A DNA stretch of 62,960 bases, counting the filler, from Octopus bimaculoides (taxonomy: Eukaryota): NCBI RefSeq assembly GCF_001194135.2. It is 4 parts of 4 records of this genome, joined end to end, with 100 filler letters (N's around TTAATTAATTAA, not from the genome) between each part and the next. Parts side by side here need not be neighbours in the genome. Positions count along the whole stretch, not along the records: positions 22,932 to 43,222 come from NC_068989.1; 3 more parts are not named here. One strand, written 5' to 3'. Position numbers and translations under genes: made by a program. Below the pieces are notes generated by a model, which ran no database searches, had not been told where the DNA came from, and saw only the letters and a list, made by a program, of their open reading frames with translations. This document shows positions 23,390 to 34,691 of this stretch, piece by piece (within the stretch, counting starts at the first letter, position 1; every line of letters begins with the position of its first letter).

Positions 23390-24500
23390 CTTGCTAATTT
23401 TATATTCTTCTTATTTAATGTAGCTATGATGGTACCCATATTGGGAAGAGCAGAATACGAGATTCTGTCTTGCGGGGAAAAATTCTGTTATATCTATGGG
23501 AAGCAGGGAAGTTTTTATTCAAAATAGCCATAAATTTCCCATATATGTTTGTGGATATAGCACAGTTGTAAGGAACAGTGAACCAGACGAAGTCCTCACT
23601 TTCAAACTTACGGCGTAAGTAAGTGGGGTATCTACCTACTCTTTCACTCCCCCCCGAATCATGACTTAATTATTAGTTAAGTCCCCATTACCAGTATTTT
23701 TCATATCTATGTAGGGTGTAGTAACCAGTTCGTTCTTTTCATTACCTTTATTATCTAATCTAAGCTTCCTACCAGTTTTAGCATTTAACTTCCTGTTGTT
23801 TCTTATTTTATTATTATTTAAATTGTTGGGTTTGTAGAATGCTTTTCTATTTGGTATTTTTCACAAATAAGTAAGTTAGTAATCCCTCTATCACTCAAAC
23901 TCTCATTAATTCCATTATTAAGAGGTATAATATAAGAGGTATAATATAAGTTGTACAGTTTCCAGTGCGAATACATACATAATATAGTTTCAGGACTAAG
24001 AAAAGTAATTTCCTGGTCATATCTTGCCTTAGACAAATATCCTTATTTGCTGATGATTTTGTAATTCTCCTAGAAATACTGTTAACTACCGATTTTAACA
24101 CATTAGTGGGGTGATTTGATAATTTGTTCACGTATCTCGTAACTTCATTAGGTTTCCTATAGGGGTGGTATAATCCCGAGCTAATGTCTAAAGTAGTATC
24201 TAAAAAATTTGCTACCTTTGTACCATATTCATACGCAATACCTAAGTTGAAGCTTTTAAAAAGTTTTCTAATTCTTTTTCTCATTCTTTCTATAACTGAT
24301 TTGTTGTCACTAGGGATGATAAATAGAGCATCATCTTTATATAAGCCTCCTTGCAATTCAAGGATTTCTCTATTGAGGCACCTTAAAAGATACCCACCAA
24401 CTAGATTAGTGATTTCAGCCGAATCACTCGAGCCCATATCAAAATTATCAGGGGCATCAGACCTCATCCAAAGATTACACTCAACTGTGTCCGACTGATT
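23390..24500 (-). pseudogene. PLE reverse transcriptase and thumb fragment
   Basis: 'MGSSDSAEITNLVG', 'GLYKDDAL', 'NFLDTTLD', 'PYRKPN', 'SNHP', then 'VWFTVPY..NFP' and 'SYSALPNMG'. Confidence 0.8.
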
Positions 24501-25131
24501 AAAAAAATTCTATTCATTTATGCAGCTGAGGATAGCCCTGCTTTTAAATTGATGTAATGATTGCATTGTTCAATTAAATAGAGATGCTTGAAACTGCATC
24601 ACCTCTGGATATCCTGTTACATATTTTGATTGTGCATGTATATATATATATANNNNNNNNNNNNNNNNNNNNNNNNNNNNNNNNNNNNNNNNNNNNNNNN
24701 NNNNNNNNNNNNNNNNNNNNNNNNNNNNNNNNNNNNNNNNNNNNNNNNNNNNNNNNNNNNNNNNNNNNNNNNNNNNNNNNNNNNNNNNNNNNNNNNNNNN
24801 NNNNNNNNNNNNNNNNNNNNNNNNNNNNNNNNNNNNNNNNNNNNNNNNNNNNNNNNNNNNNNNNNNNNNNNNNNNNNNNNNNNNNNNNNNNNNNNNNNNN
24901 NNNNNNNNNNNNNNNNNNNNNNNNNNNNNNNNNNNNNNNNNNNNNNNNNNNNNNNNNNNNNNNNNNNNNNNNNNNNNNNNNNNNNNNNNNNNNNNNNNNN
25001 NNNNNNNNNNNNNNNNNNNNNNNNNNNATACATATATATATACACATAAATATATATATATACATACATATATATGCATATATATATATACACACATATA
25101 TATAAATACGCACACATATATACACATACAT

Positions 25132-25227
<96 letters not shown>

Positions 25228-25946
25228 GTAGTGAAACAATTAAAAGTGAAATTGTTATAGCATATTACAATAGCGATGCTATTGTTTCACTTTTGACATG
25301 TAATACCGAAACAATTTAAGAGATTGCTACGGGCTCGCATTAGGCAATATAGGCATGTGTGTAGATATGTTTATGTGGAATACCTAATTATTTCACTTCT
25401 CTACTCCCATAATTTAATTACCAGTCTATTGTTTTTTTTACATATCACCGATCTATTCTTTTTTTTACATATCACCATTATTCATATTTTTGCATGGGTA
25501 TGTCTGCATTATCATTATTGCTATTTATATTAATTTATGACTATAACTTTTTTTATAACTGTATCTATTATTATTAATGTATATATTTTAAACTTCAATG
25601 GCACACCGTATTCTTCCTTTTAATGTTTTTATTATGTTTAAATATAATAAATTTCTTTCTACGTCCTTCCCTGAAGATATTCTCACTTGTCGTAATTAAC
25701 TAAATTGATTTAGCTAAATTAAATTAAATTTGGTTGATTTTATGTTGCAAGTGATGAATTGAAACAATTGCAGGTCTGGTCTTGTCAATGTATTAATAAA
25801 CTTTTATTAATCTCCATCTTCTCTCTTGGTTTTTATAATATTAATGATATATATGTATGTGCCTATATTGTAAAGTATTCAACCAGTTTAATCTTAAGAT
25901 GTCTTTATCTCTCCGAGGTTTATATTCTTACCTGTACTTTGATGTA

Positions 25947-26127
25947 CAGACTGTCCTCATTTAACGACCTATCTATTTAATGACCACTCGGAGTTACGAC
26001 GAACTTTACGAGCCGTCATTACATATTTTACAAAATAGAACTTGGTGCGATGGATCCAAATTTTGAGCGACTTTCCAAGGTGGAAAGGCAGACAACTGAA
26101 CGTAACTTGGTCGTTAAATGAGGACAG

Positions 26128-26131
<4 letters not shown>
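25947..26131. mobile_element. 185-bp MITE (Tc1/mariner superfamily, pogo/Tigger-like)
   Basis: Perfect 23-bp TIR CAGACTGTCCTCATTTAACGACC with TA on both sides. Confidence 0.85.
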
Positions 26132-26191
<60 letters not shown>

Positions 26192-26399
26192 TACATACAC
26201 CCATACATATACATATACACACATGTACGTATATATACATACGTATATACGCATACACCCACACGCTACATACATGTGCACATATATACATACGTAAATA
26301 TGCAAGCTCCTACGTGTATTTATATACACTTATACATTGTAAGCAGACTAAAGTAAAAAATAAATATAGATCAAAATAGATAAAATAGATATAAATACA

Positions 26400-26950
26400 C
26401 GCAAATCGCAGGGAAGGACTCGACATACAGATTGTGCACACCGGCCCTTCCTTACGAAAAGCTCTGTCCAAGAACAACACCCCTCACTACTCCGAGGAGT
26501 GCACATTGTCGAACTGTCCCATCAATGACTCTGAATTGTGCCAGAGGACCTATGTTGTATATGAGATCACCTGTGGAAAATGTGGCGCATCCTACATCGG
26601 AAACACGACAAGAAAACTGCATGTACGCATTTAGGAACACATGCAGGCAGACACTTCCGTGAAGAAACATCTGCGGAAATGCCAGACCCGGGAGTACACA
26701 GTGCACATCAAGGCAGCACAGCGGAACAGGGGCAACCTTAGAATCTCTGAGGCTATAATCATACATCAAAAGAAAGCCAAGATGAATAATAGAAAGGAAC
26801 TACAGGAAGCTAGCTGGTTGCTATAGCAACACCCTTCTGTGCATGTCAACTCCACTCACGCTCACACACCCGCACATCGGCAACATTCGTCAATTTCTTG
26901 AGGATGGCCGGGGGGGGGGGGGAGGTTATAAACACGAAATATTGAATACA
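26400..26950 (+). pseudogene. PLE 3' end: GIY-YIG endonuclease plus terminal region
   Basis: 'VVYEITCGKCGASYIGNTTRKLHVRI*EH..LRISEAIII..N', stop at 26824-26. A decayed hammerhead-like motif follows at 26895-26946. Confidence 0.8.
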
Positions 26951-27439
26951 AGGTAAGTCTACATTAATTCAGATATTTGTTTTCTTGTGATTTACCTTGC
27001 ATTTACTTCGCATAATTTTGGCCTTACCTACGACCTTTTATACAGTAAATATATAAAACGAAGAAAGTATATAAAAGAAAATAAGATAAAAACCAGTCTT
27101 TGTTTTCTTTTTCTTTCTCCTTTCTGTGACATGTACATACGCATATATACACATACATGTACGTATATACATATATGCATATGAAGTCACACGCACAAAC
27201 GCACATGCTAACTACCTGATAAATTCCTATGCAGATTTTATCCTTGATTATAATGATAAATTTGAATTCACATAAACCAAATTTATTCACTGCTGAATTA
27301 TTTTGGTTATTCACACGTGGCTGAGATGAACGAATTAAATTTAGCTTGTATATAAGTGTGAACATTTGTATATATACTGTGGATACATTGTGTTCGTATG
27401 GTATGTATAAATGTTTATAATTATGTGCTTTCGTTTATG

Positions 27440-27495
27440 TCATACTGAGGACGGTAAAGTGATATTACATCCTAAAACCCGAAATCCATTTATGG
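27440..27495 (+). ncRNA. Degenerate type I hammerhead-like motif
   Basis: TCATA-CTGAGGA-CGGT..ACCC-GAAA-TCCA-TT-TATGG. Stem I pairs; stems II and III are imperfect. Confidence 0.35.
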
Positions 27496-27735
27496 TTAAA
27501 CTTTTAAAAGAATCTTTTTTGTTCATCCCCTCGTTTTTAGCCCGTATCTGTGTGATCAAATAAGGTAGTTTTAGAGTCATTTGGCGTCTTCTTCTAGCAT
27601 GTGGCATTATAATTTTGTAATTATATTTATAAAATTAAATACTTTGTATCAAGTTTTACCTAAATGGTTTTTTTACACGTTAGCTGCCTGACAAAATCCT
27701 ATATAGATTTTATCCATGATTATAATTAATAGTAC

Positions 27736-29423
27736 AGGGACGCTGTCAGTAAGGTGAGAGTTTGCAACGAGTACAGGGAAGAATTCCGGGTAGAGGTAGG
27801 GGTCCACCAAGGTTCAGTCCTCAGCGCTCTCTTATTTATCATAGTCCTCCAAGCAATAACAGAGGAATTCAAGACAGAATGCCCCTGGGAGCTCCCCTAT
27901 GCTGACGACCTTGCTCTAATTGCTGAGTCACTATCAGAACTAGAGGAGAAGTTTCAGGTGTGGAAGCAAGGATTAGAATCGAAGGGCCTTAGAGTCAACC
28001 TAGCTAAAACCAAAGTCCTAATAAGTAGGAAGGCAGACAAACCACAAACCCCTTCAGGTAGATGGCCCTGCTCGATCCATAGAAAAAGCGTAGGTAGAAA
28101 CTCTATAAGATGTACCCAGTGTAAGCTATGGAAACATAAGAGGTGCAGCAATATCAAAGGAAGGCTAACTGGGAAGATAGATTTTTTCCTATGTGGCAGA
28201 TGCTCAAGAGCAATAAATACTGAAAATGTGCAGAGAACAACTTCTGCCACATTCCAGGGAGAAAAACCAGAAGTAGTTGATAACTTCCGTTACCTAGGTG
28301 ACCATTATTAGTTTTGTGAGTGGGTGCACTGAAAGTGTAGCTGCTAGAATAAGAATAGCCTGGGTAAAGTTCAGAGAGCTTTTACCTCTGCTGGTGACAA
28401 AGGGCCTCTCGCTCAGAGTAAAAGACAGACTGTATGACGCATGTGTACGAACAGCCTTGCTACATGACAGTGAAACATGGACCGTGACTGCTGAGGACAT
28501 GCGTAAGCTCGCAAGGAATGAAGCCGGTATGCTCCGATAGATGTGAAATGTCAGTGCATACTCGACAGAGTGTAAGTACCTTGAGAGAAAAGTTGGACCT
28601 AAGAAGCATCAGATGTGGTGTGCAAGAGAGACGATTGCGCTGGTATGGTTATGTGGCGAGAATGGATGAGGATAGCTGCGTGAAAAAGTGCCACACCTTG
28701 GCAGTTGAGGGAACCAGTGGAAGAGGTAGACCCAGGAAACCTGGGATGAGGTGGTGTAGCCCGACCTTTGAACATTAGGCGTCACCGAGACAATGACTAG
28801 TGACTGAGACCTTTGGATATATGCTGTGCGTGAGAAGACCCGACAAGCCAATTGAGACCATGACCAGTGACCTATGCCAGGGGTATAACCAGGCCACTTA
28901 TGCGTACCTTTCCTTCACTGGACACTAAAATCTGCTTGCGAAGATCTGTTGAGGCAAGTGAAAAAGAAATCGAAATCGAATGAAATTCAATGACTGGCAC
29001 CCGTGCCAGTGGAGCGCTAGTAGCACCATCCGAACGTGACCATTGCCAGAGCAGCTGTCTGGCTTCCATGCCGGTGGCACATAAAAAGCATCATTTGAGC
29101 GTGATCGTTACCAGCGTCGCCTTACTGGCACTTGTGGAAGTGGCACATGAAAAAACATTCGAGCCGCTGGACTGGCTCCTGTGCAAGTGGCACGTAAAAA
29201 ACACCACTTGAGCGTGGCCGTTGCCAGTACAGCCTGACTGACTCTCTTGCCGGTGACACGTAAAAGAGTGGTTGACGTTAGGAAGGGCATCCAGCATCCA
29301 CTCTCGGAGTGGTTGGCGTTAGGAAGGGCATCCAGCTGTAGAAATTCTGCCAGATCAGATTGGAACCTGGTGCAGCCATCTGGTTTGCCGGTCCTCAGTC
29401 AAATCGCCCAACCCATGCTAGCA
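27736..29423 (+). mobile_element. RTE-clade LINE, 5'-truncated: RT, PHD-like insert, C-terminus and modular 3' UTR
   Basis: 'GVHQGSVLS.LLF', 'YADD' (~27898), 'NLAKTK', 'FRYLG', 'RRLRWYGYVARM'. The tail motif 'ggcgttaggaagggcatccagc' is present. Confidence 0.9.
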
Positions 29424-29928
29424 NNNNNNNNNNNNNNNNNNNNNNNNNNNNNNNNNNNNNNNNNNNNNNNNNNNNNNNNNNNNNNNNNNNNNNNNNNNNN
29501 NNNNNNNNNNNNNNNNNNNNNNNNNNNNNNNNNNNNNNNNNNNNNNNNNNNNNNNNNNNNNNNNNNNNNNNNNNNNNNNNNNNNNNNNNNNNNNNNNNNN
29601 NNNNNNNNNNNNNNNNNNNNNNNNNNNNNNNNNNNNNNNNNNNNNNNNNNNNNNNNNNNNNNNNNNNNNNNNNNNNNNNNNNNNNNNNNNNNNNNNNNNN
29701 NNNNNNNNNNNNNNNNNNNNNNNNNNNNNNNNNNNNNNNNNNNNNNNNNNNNNNNNNNNNNNNNNNNNNNNNNNNNNNNNNNNNNNNNNNNNNNNNNNNN
29801 NNNNNNNNNNNNNNNNNNNNNNNNNNNNNNNNNNNNNNNNNNNNNNNNNNNNNNNNNNNNNNNNNNNNNNNNNNNNNNNNNNNNNNNNNNNNNNNNNNNN
29901 NNNNNNNNNNNNNNNNNNNNNNNNNNNN

Positions 29929-30986
29929 CTCCCATTCTTCTTTAATAGTATCTTTAAGAGAGTCGACATTGCTGTGTGATGTTCTATTGGTAGCATGTTC
30001 TAAAACGCCCCAAATAGCATAATCCAGAGGGTTTAGATCTGGGCTAGAAGGCGACCATAAAAAATTGGTAAAGTTGGATTTGCAGAAATCTTGTATTTTT
30101 CTAGCTGTGTGGGCTGGAGCACCATCCTGTGTCGATACATAATTACCATCTAGGTAGTTTGCTTTAAGACATGGCAATACCTGGTATCTCAGAGTCTTGT
30201 AGTAAGTATTAACATTGATCTTTTCATCAGCTTTGTAGAATTTTATAGGCATTTTCTTTCCATCGGAAGCCACAGCACCAAAAGCCATAACTTGAGCAGG
30301 ATGTTTTGTTTTGAATGTCCTCTTAACCTCAGCTGTCAATTTTGCGATAAATCTGTTATTTCTGCGGTTCAGAACAGCATCGACAGTGAAGATCTTTTCA
30401 TGTGAAAAGATCGTTACAATGTAGGGCTTTTTCTTGAATCATGTAATAATTTTCTTGCACCTTTTTAATTTCTTTTCCTTCATAGCTGTTGTCAACAAGT
30501 GTTTTGGTGTTCTGGTGTAAGATTTTAACCTCAAATCATATTTTACTGCATTTCTAATGGTCTTATTGTCTACCTCAAGTTCAATTGCCATTTTTCTCAT
30601 GGATTTGGTTGGATCCTTTAGGATTTTGGATTTGAGAGCTTTAATAAAAGCTTTGGTACGTTTTTTGTTAATTCTTCCACTTCCAGACCGCCTCGTAATA
30701 GTTGTGCTCACAGCCATTCTATTCTTTACATTATAAACAGTCTTTATGGACGCTCCAACTATTCTTGAAATCTCCTTTGGTGTAACGAGTGCATTCAGCA
30801 AATCACACACTCTTTGACATTTGCTTTCCTGATTACTCACATGGGCAAAAGTTTCTGAAAAGGTAAGGATAATAGAGCCAGGTATGATTCTGACATCAAT
30901 ATCTACTAGGTTTCAAAACAATTGACTTAGTGCCTGCTGAGAAAAAACAACTTAATGTTCATTGTAAATTTTGCTTCCCTACCCTG
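29929..30986 (-). mobile_element. maT-like transposon, 3' end in gap
   Basis: 5' terminus TA|CAGGGTAGGGAAG. N-terminal HTH ORF at 30439-30840; catalytic part 'QDGAPAH..SPDLNPLDY'. Confidence 0.85.
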
Positions 30987-31012
<26 letters not shown>

Positions 31013-31020
<8 letters not shown>

Positions 31021-31563
31021 TCATTTTTTTATTCTCAAACGCGTGATAATGCTAATAAATAGCGTGATCAGGATAAATTATCCAAACATTGCAGAAAAAT
31101 ACGTTACCGACCAGCCATGAGACTCGTACTAACATCATTCTGATTATGCGTGAAGTGCTTTACTATTAAGCTAAACTGTCCAGTAACGAATTCTTCTACA
31201 ATTTTAGAACTTATAAATTTAGCTTCATAAGACGCTATCGTTAAATTCAGTTTACGATTAAAGTAAACAGTGTTTGTTTTAGAAGCGTTGAGATGTATTG
31301 AGAGATAGAGAAATAATTTTATAAATTTATGAGTTCTAAAATTGCAGAAGAATTTGTTACTGGGCTTTTTAGCTTAATGGTAAAGCACTTGACGCGTAAT
31401 TACAAGAGTGTGAGTTCGAGTCACATGGCTGGCCGGTAACGTATTTTTCTGCAATGTATGGATAATTTATCCTGATCATGCTATTTATTAGCATTATCAC
31501 GCGTATGAAAATAAAAAATTATTTCTATATCTTTCAATACATCTCAACGCTTCTAAAACAAAC
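31013..31563. repeat. Inverted pair of ~195-bp tRNA-like cassettes with nested ~50-bp inverted repeats
   Basis: 31023-31220 is the reverse complement of 31323-31518. 31262-31320 is the reverse complement of 31515-31563. A tRNA-like A box and B box lie at 31362-31434. Confidence 0.8.
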
Positions 31564-31599
31564 TATGTGTGTGCGTATATATATAAATATATATGTATA

Positions 31600-32595
31600 T
31601 GAACTCCCCCGCCCTTTGACAGGTCTTATTTTTCCTCCCGCAGGGTGTCTAACAGTCATCCTTCTCATAAAACAAGCCTGGTGGGGTTGCCAGCTTACTC
31701 GCCGGTGACCCAATCATGCAACAGGTTGTACTAGATTACATGTTACCAGTAGCTCTGAAGGACGACCCGACAGATTCAGTAAATGGCAAAAAAGACTGTC
31801 TTGGCAGGTGTCCCAGTGTGCCACAGGCTGGGCCCGGTCGTCATCCTGTCACTGTGGTCAAACAATCTTCAAGAAAAAGTAAAAATAAACATCCTTTGAA
31901 TTTTGGCTGTTGGAATGTGCGTACACTTCTTGATAATTTCAACAAGAGCTCAGAAAAACGTACTGCACTTATTGCATGTGAGCTTAAAAAATATTCCCTT
32001 GATGTAGTTGCGCTCTCTGTAACTCCTCTCTGGTGAGGGTCAAATAAATGAACCTACTTATGGATATACCCTTTTCTGGAGAGGCCTATCTGAGGGTCAG
32101 CGTAGAGAATCTGGTGTTGGGTTTACTCTCAAGAATTCATTAGTATCCTCCATTGCAGAATTTCCAAGTGGTGTATCTGAACGAACCATGTCATGCCGTA
32201 TAAATCTGAAAAAAAACTAGCTTTCTTACCGTTGTCAGTATTTATGCACCAACAATGTTTCGTTCTGATAAAACTGTAGGACAGTTTTATGACGATCTAG
32301 CACAATTATTGAGGAAAATATCAATTTCTGACAAGCTGGTCATATTGGGAGATTTTAACGCATGAGTTGGAAATGACTACGTTTCATGGCCTGTTTTAGG
32401 CCGACATGAGATTGGAAAATATAATAAAAATGGAGTAGCTCTTTTGACATTTTGTACTGAGAATAATCTGGTTGCTACCAACACTCTGTTTAAGCAGAAA
32501 AATATAAAACCACCAGAATGCACCCAAGATCTAAGGACTGGCATATCATTGATTATATTTTGATCAGAAAACGTGATATGAAAAATGTTTCTAGT
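31600..32595 (+). pseudogene. RTE/BovB-like LINE 5' part with AP endonuclease
   Basis: 'FGCWNVRTL', 'LDVVALS', 'GVGF', 'IYAPT', 'ILGDFNA', 'HPRSKDWHIIDYIL'. Confidence 0.85.
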
Positions 32596-32619
32596 ATGTT
32601 CACATACTTGTTGCAGTGG

Positions 32620-32720
32620 TCCTTCAGTTTTCCCAAGTCCTATAAAAGAACTTGCAAGGCTGGGCTTCCAACCAGGCCTTTCACAATACTCTTAAAGCCA
32701 GGAACTTTTCAGTACCATAT
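32620..32720 (-). mobile_element. End fragment of the mariner-type MITE family also seen at 38074-38284
   Basis: Reverse complement 'ggtactgaaaagttcctggcttt..gtgaaaggcctggttgg' matches the left end at 38077-38135. Confidence 0.55.
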
Positions 32721-33569
32721 CATATATATCTCTTGTACTTATTTCCATCATTAGAATGCAGCCATACTAGGGAACCGCTTTGAAGAGATTTTAATCGAAC
32801 GAATGTAAGAAGTTTGCTTCCCAACCACGTGGTTTCGGATTCAGTCCCACAACGTGGCACCATGGATTTGGTAGACGGAAACTGAAAGAAGCCAAGAATA
32901 TTATTTGAGTCTTATTTTTCCTGTTTGCTTTCACTTAACAGTGAATGAAAGCTTCGCGAAAGGTGTAAAAACCACTACAGCCAATAAACCAAGCGACAAA
33001 TCTATCAGCCACGCAACGAACTGACCGACCGACTGACCGGTCAGCCGACCAAGCAACCGTCTGATACGTATGGCTAATGAAAATATATTATTAAATTCGT
33101 TACCCTAGACAACGTACGTACGTACGTACGTACGTACGTATGTATGTATGTATGTATGTATGTATGTATGTATGTATGTATGTATGCATGTATGTATGTT
33201 TGTATGTGTGTGCATACATGTGTGTTTGTATATANNNNNNNNNNNNNNNNNNNNNNNNNNNNNNNNNNNNNNNNNNNNNNNNNNNNNNNNNNNNNNNNNN
33301 NNNNNNNNNNNNNNNNNNNNNNNNNNNNNNNNNNNNNNNNNNNNNNNNNNNNNNNNNNNNNNNNNNNNNNNNNNNNNNNNNNNNNNNNNNNNNNNNNNNN
33401 NNNNNNNNNNNNNNNNNNNNNNNNNNNNNNNNNNNNNNNNNNNNNNNNNNNNNNNNNNNNNNNNNNNNNNNNNNNNNNNNNNNNNNNNNNNNNNNNNNNN
33501 NNNNNNNNNNNNNNNNNNNNNNNNNNNNNNNNNNNNNNNNGTGTACACGAATACCCTTTCTTTCTTACT

Positions 33570-33753
33570 ACGGGGCACGAAGCCTGAATTTTGTGGAGAG
33601 GATTACCAGTGATCAACTGATACTTATCGGCATTGAAAGGGTGAAAGACAAAATCGATCTCGACGGAATTTGAACTCAGGACCATAAAGACCCGGAACAA
33701 ATGCTGCGTGACATTTTGTCCGACGCACTAACGATTTTGTCAGCTCGCGATCT
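33570..33753 (-). mobile_element. Family D tRNA-derived SINE (old copy)
   Basis: Homologous to 51175-51348 ('ggaatttgaactcag', 'aacgatt..cagctc'). Confidence 0.7.
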
Positions 33754-33834
33754 TATATACATACGTGCAAACACACACACACACACACACACACAGACAC
33801 ACACACAAATCTGTGTATGTGTATGACTGTATAA

Positions 33835-34175
33835 ATGTATGACCGAATGGTTAAGAAATTCGCTTCCCGACAGAAAGTTCCTGGGTTCGGTCTCACTGTG
33901 TGGCATCTTGGCCAAATATTATTTTGTATAGCTTCCGGTCGATCCATAATTACTAAATGAAATTTGGTTGACCGAAACAGTATAGAAAACTGCCCGGCGG
34001 ATTGTATATGAAATTTAAAAGATACAGCTTTGTCACTCTGTCATGTTGATTCTGTTCGAGCATTACTTTAATACTACGTGTGTCTGTGGAATATTCATCC
34101 GCTTGCATGTTAATTTAGCTGATCGAACAACTGAATTCCCATCTCGAGCGACGGTGCAACAACCTTATTGCAAAC
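33835..34175 (+). mobile_element. Chimeric SINE: family A head plus OK-type 3' half
   Basis: The 5' part resembles 8710-8860. The 3' part ('cagctttgtcactctgtc..gtgtctgtggaatattca..gcgacggtgcaacaac') resembles 39115-39280. Confidence 0.55.
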
Positions 34176-34490
34176 ATTACTGGCTTCATCTACGATCTAA
34201 TTGTAAAGAATAAATATAGAGAAACAGGTAGCGAATTAAATAATGAACTGGTATTTACACATAGTAAATGATGTAGAAGTAATGTTTATCGCTATCTGAA
34301 CATAGGTATTCTCTAAGAACAGACAATACTGCTATTTTAACTCCACGACGACGCCTCCTCCAGCTGTTTATTCAGTGCGCTCCACACTCGATATATATTG
34401 CAAGCGGGAAGAAAACTCCCTACTATTCCAGCTATCAAAACCAAGCTTGAATAGGAGAGAATTGAGTAATACATTTGATCCTTTGTATTA

Positions 34491-34691
34491 TAAGCACAAG
34501 GCCTGCAATTCTTGGGGTAGGGGGCTGGTCGATTACATCGACCCCAATATCCAACTTGTATTTATCGATTTTGAAAGGATGGAAAGCAAGTTCGACCTCG
34601 GTGGAATTTGAAATTGGAACGTAAAGAGCGGGAAGAAATGATGTTAGGCATTTTGTCCGGCACAATAACGATTCTGCCAGCTCACCGCTTT
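34491..34691 (-). mobile_element. Family D SINE
   Basis: Complete head-to-tail match with tail type 1 ('ggccttgtgc'). Confidence 0.8.

Noticed and set aside
24520-24602. CTGAGGA...GAAA with ATGCAG/CTGCAT pairing
   Set aside because: There is no stem III or NUH triplet and no stem II, so it is probably coincidental.
29929-30130. Apparent novel DD33D spacing in a transposase
   Set aside because: The element is a broken copy that otherwise resembles maT. A 4-codon deletion from DD37D is the simpler explanation.
31362-31434. tRNA gene
   Set aside because: The acceptor and anticodon stems pair poorly and the unit is part of a larger duplicated cassette.
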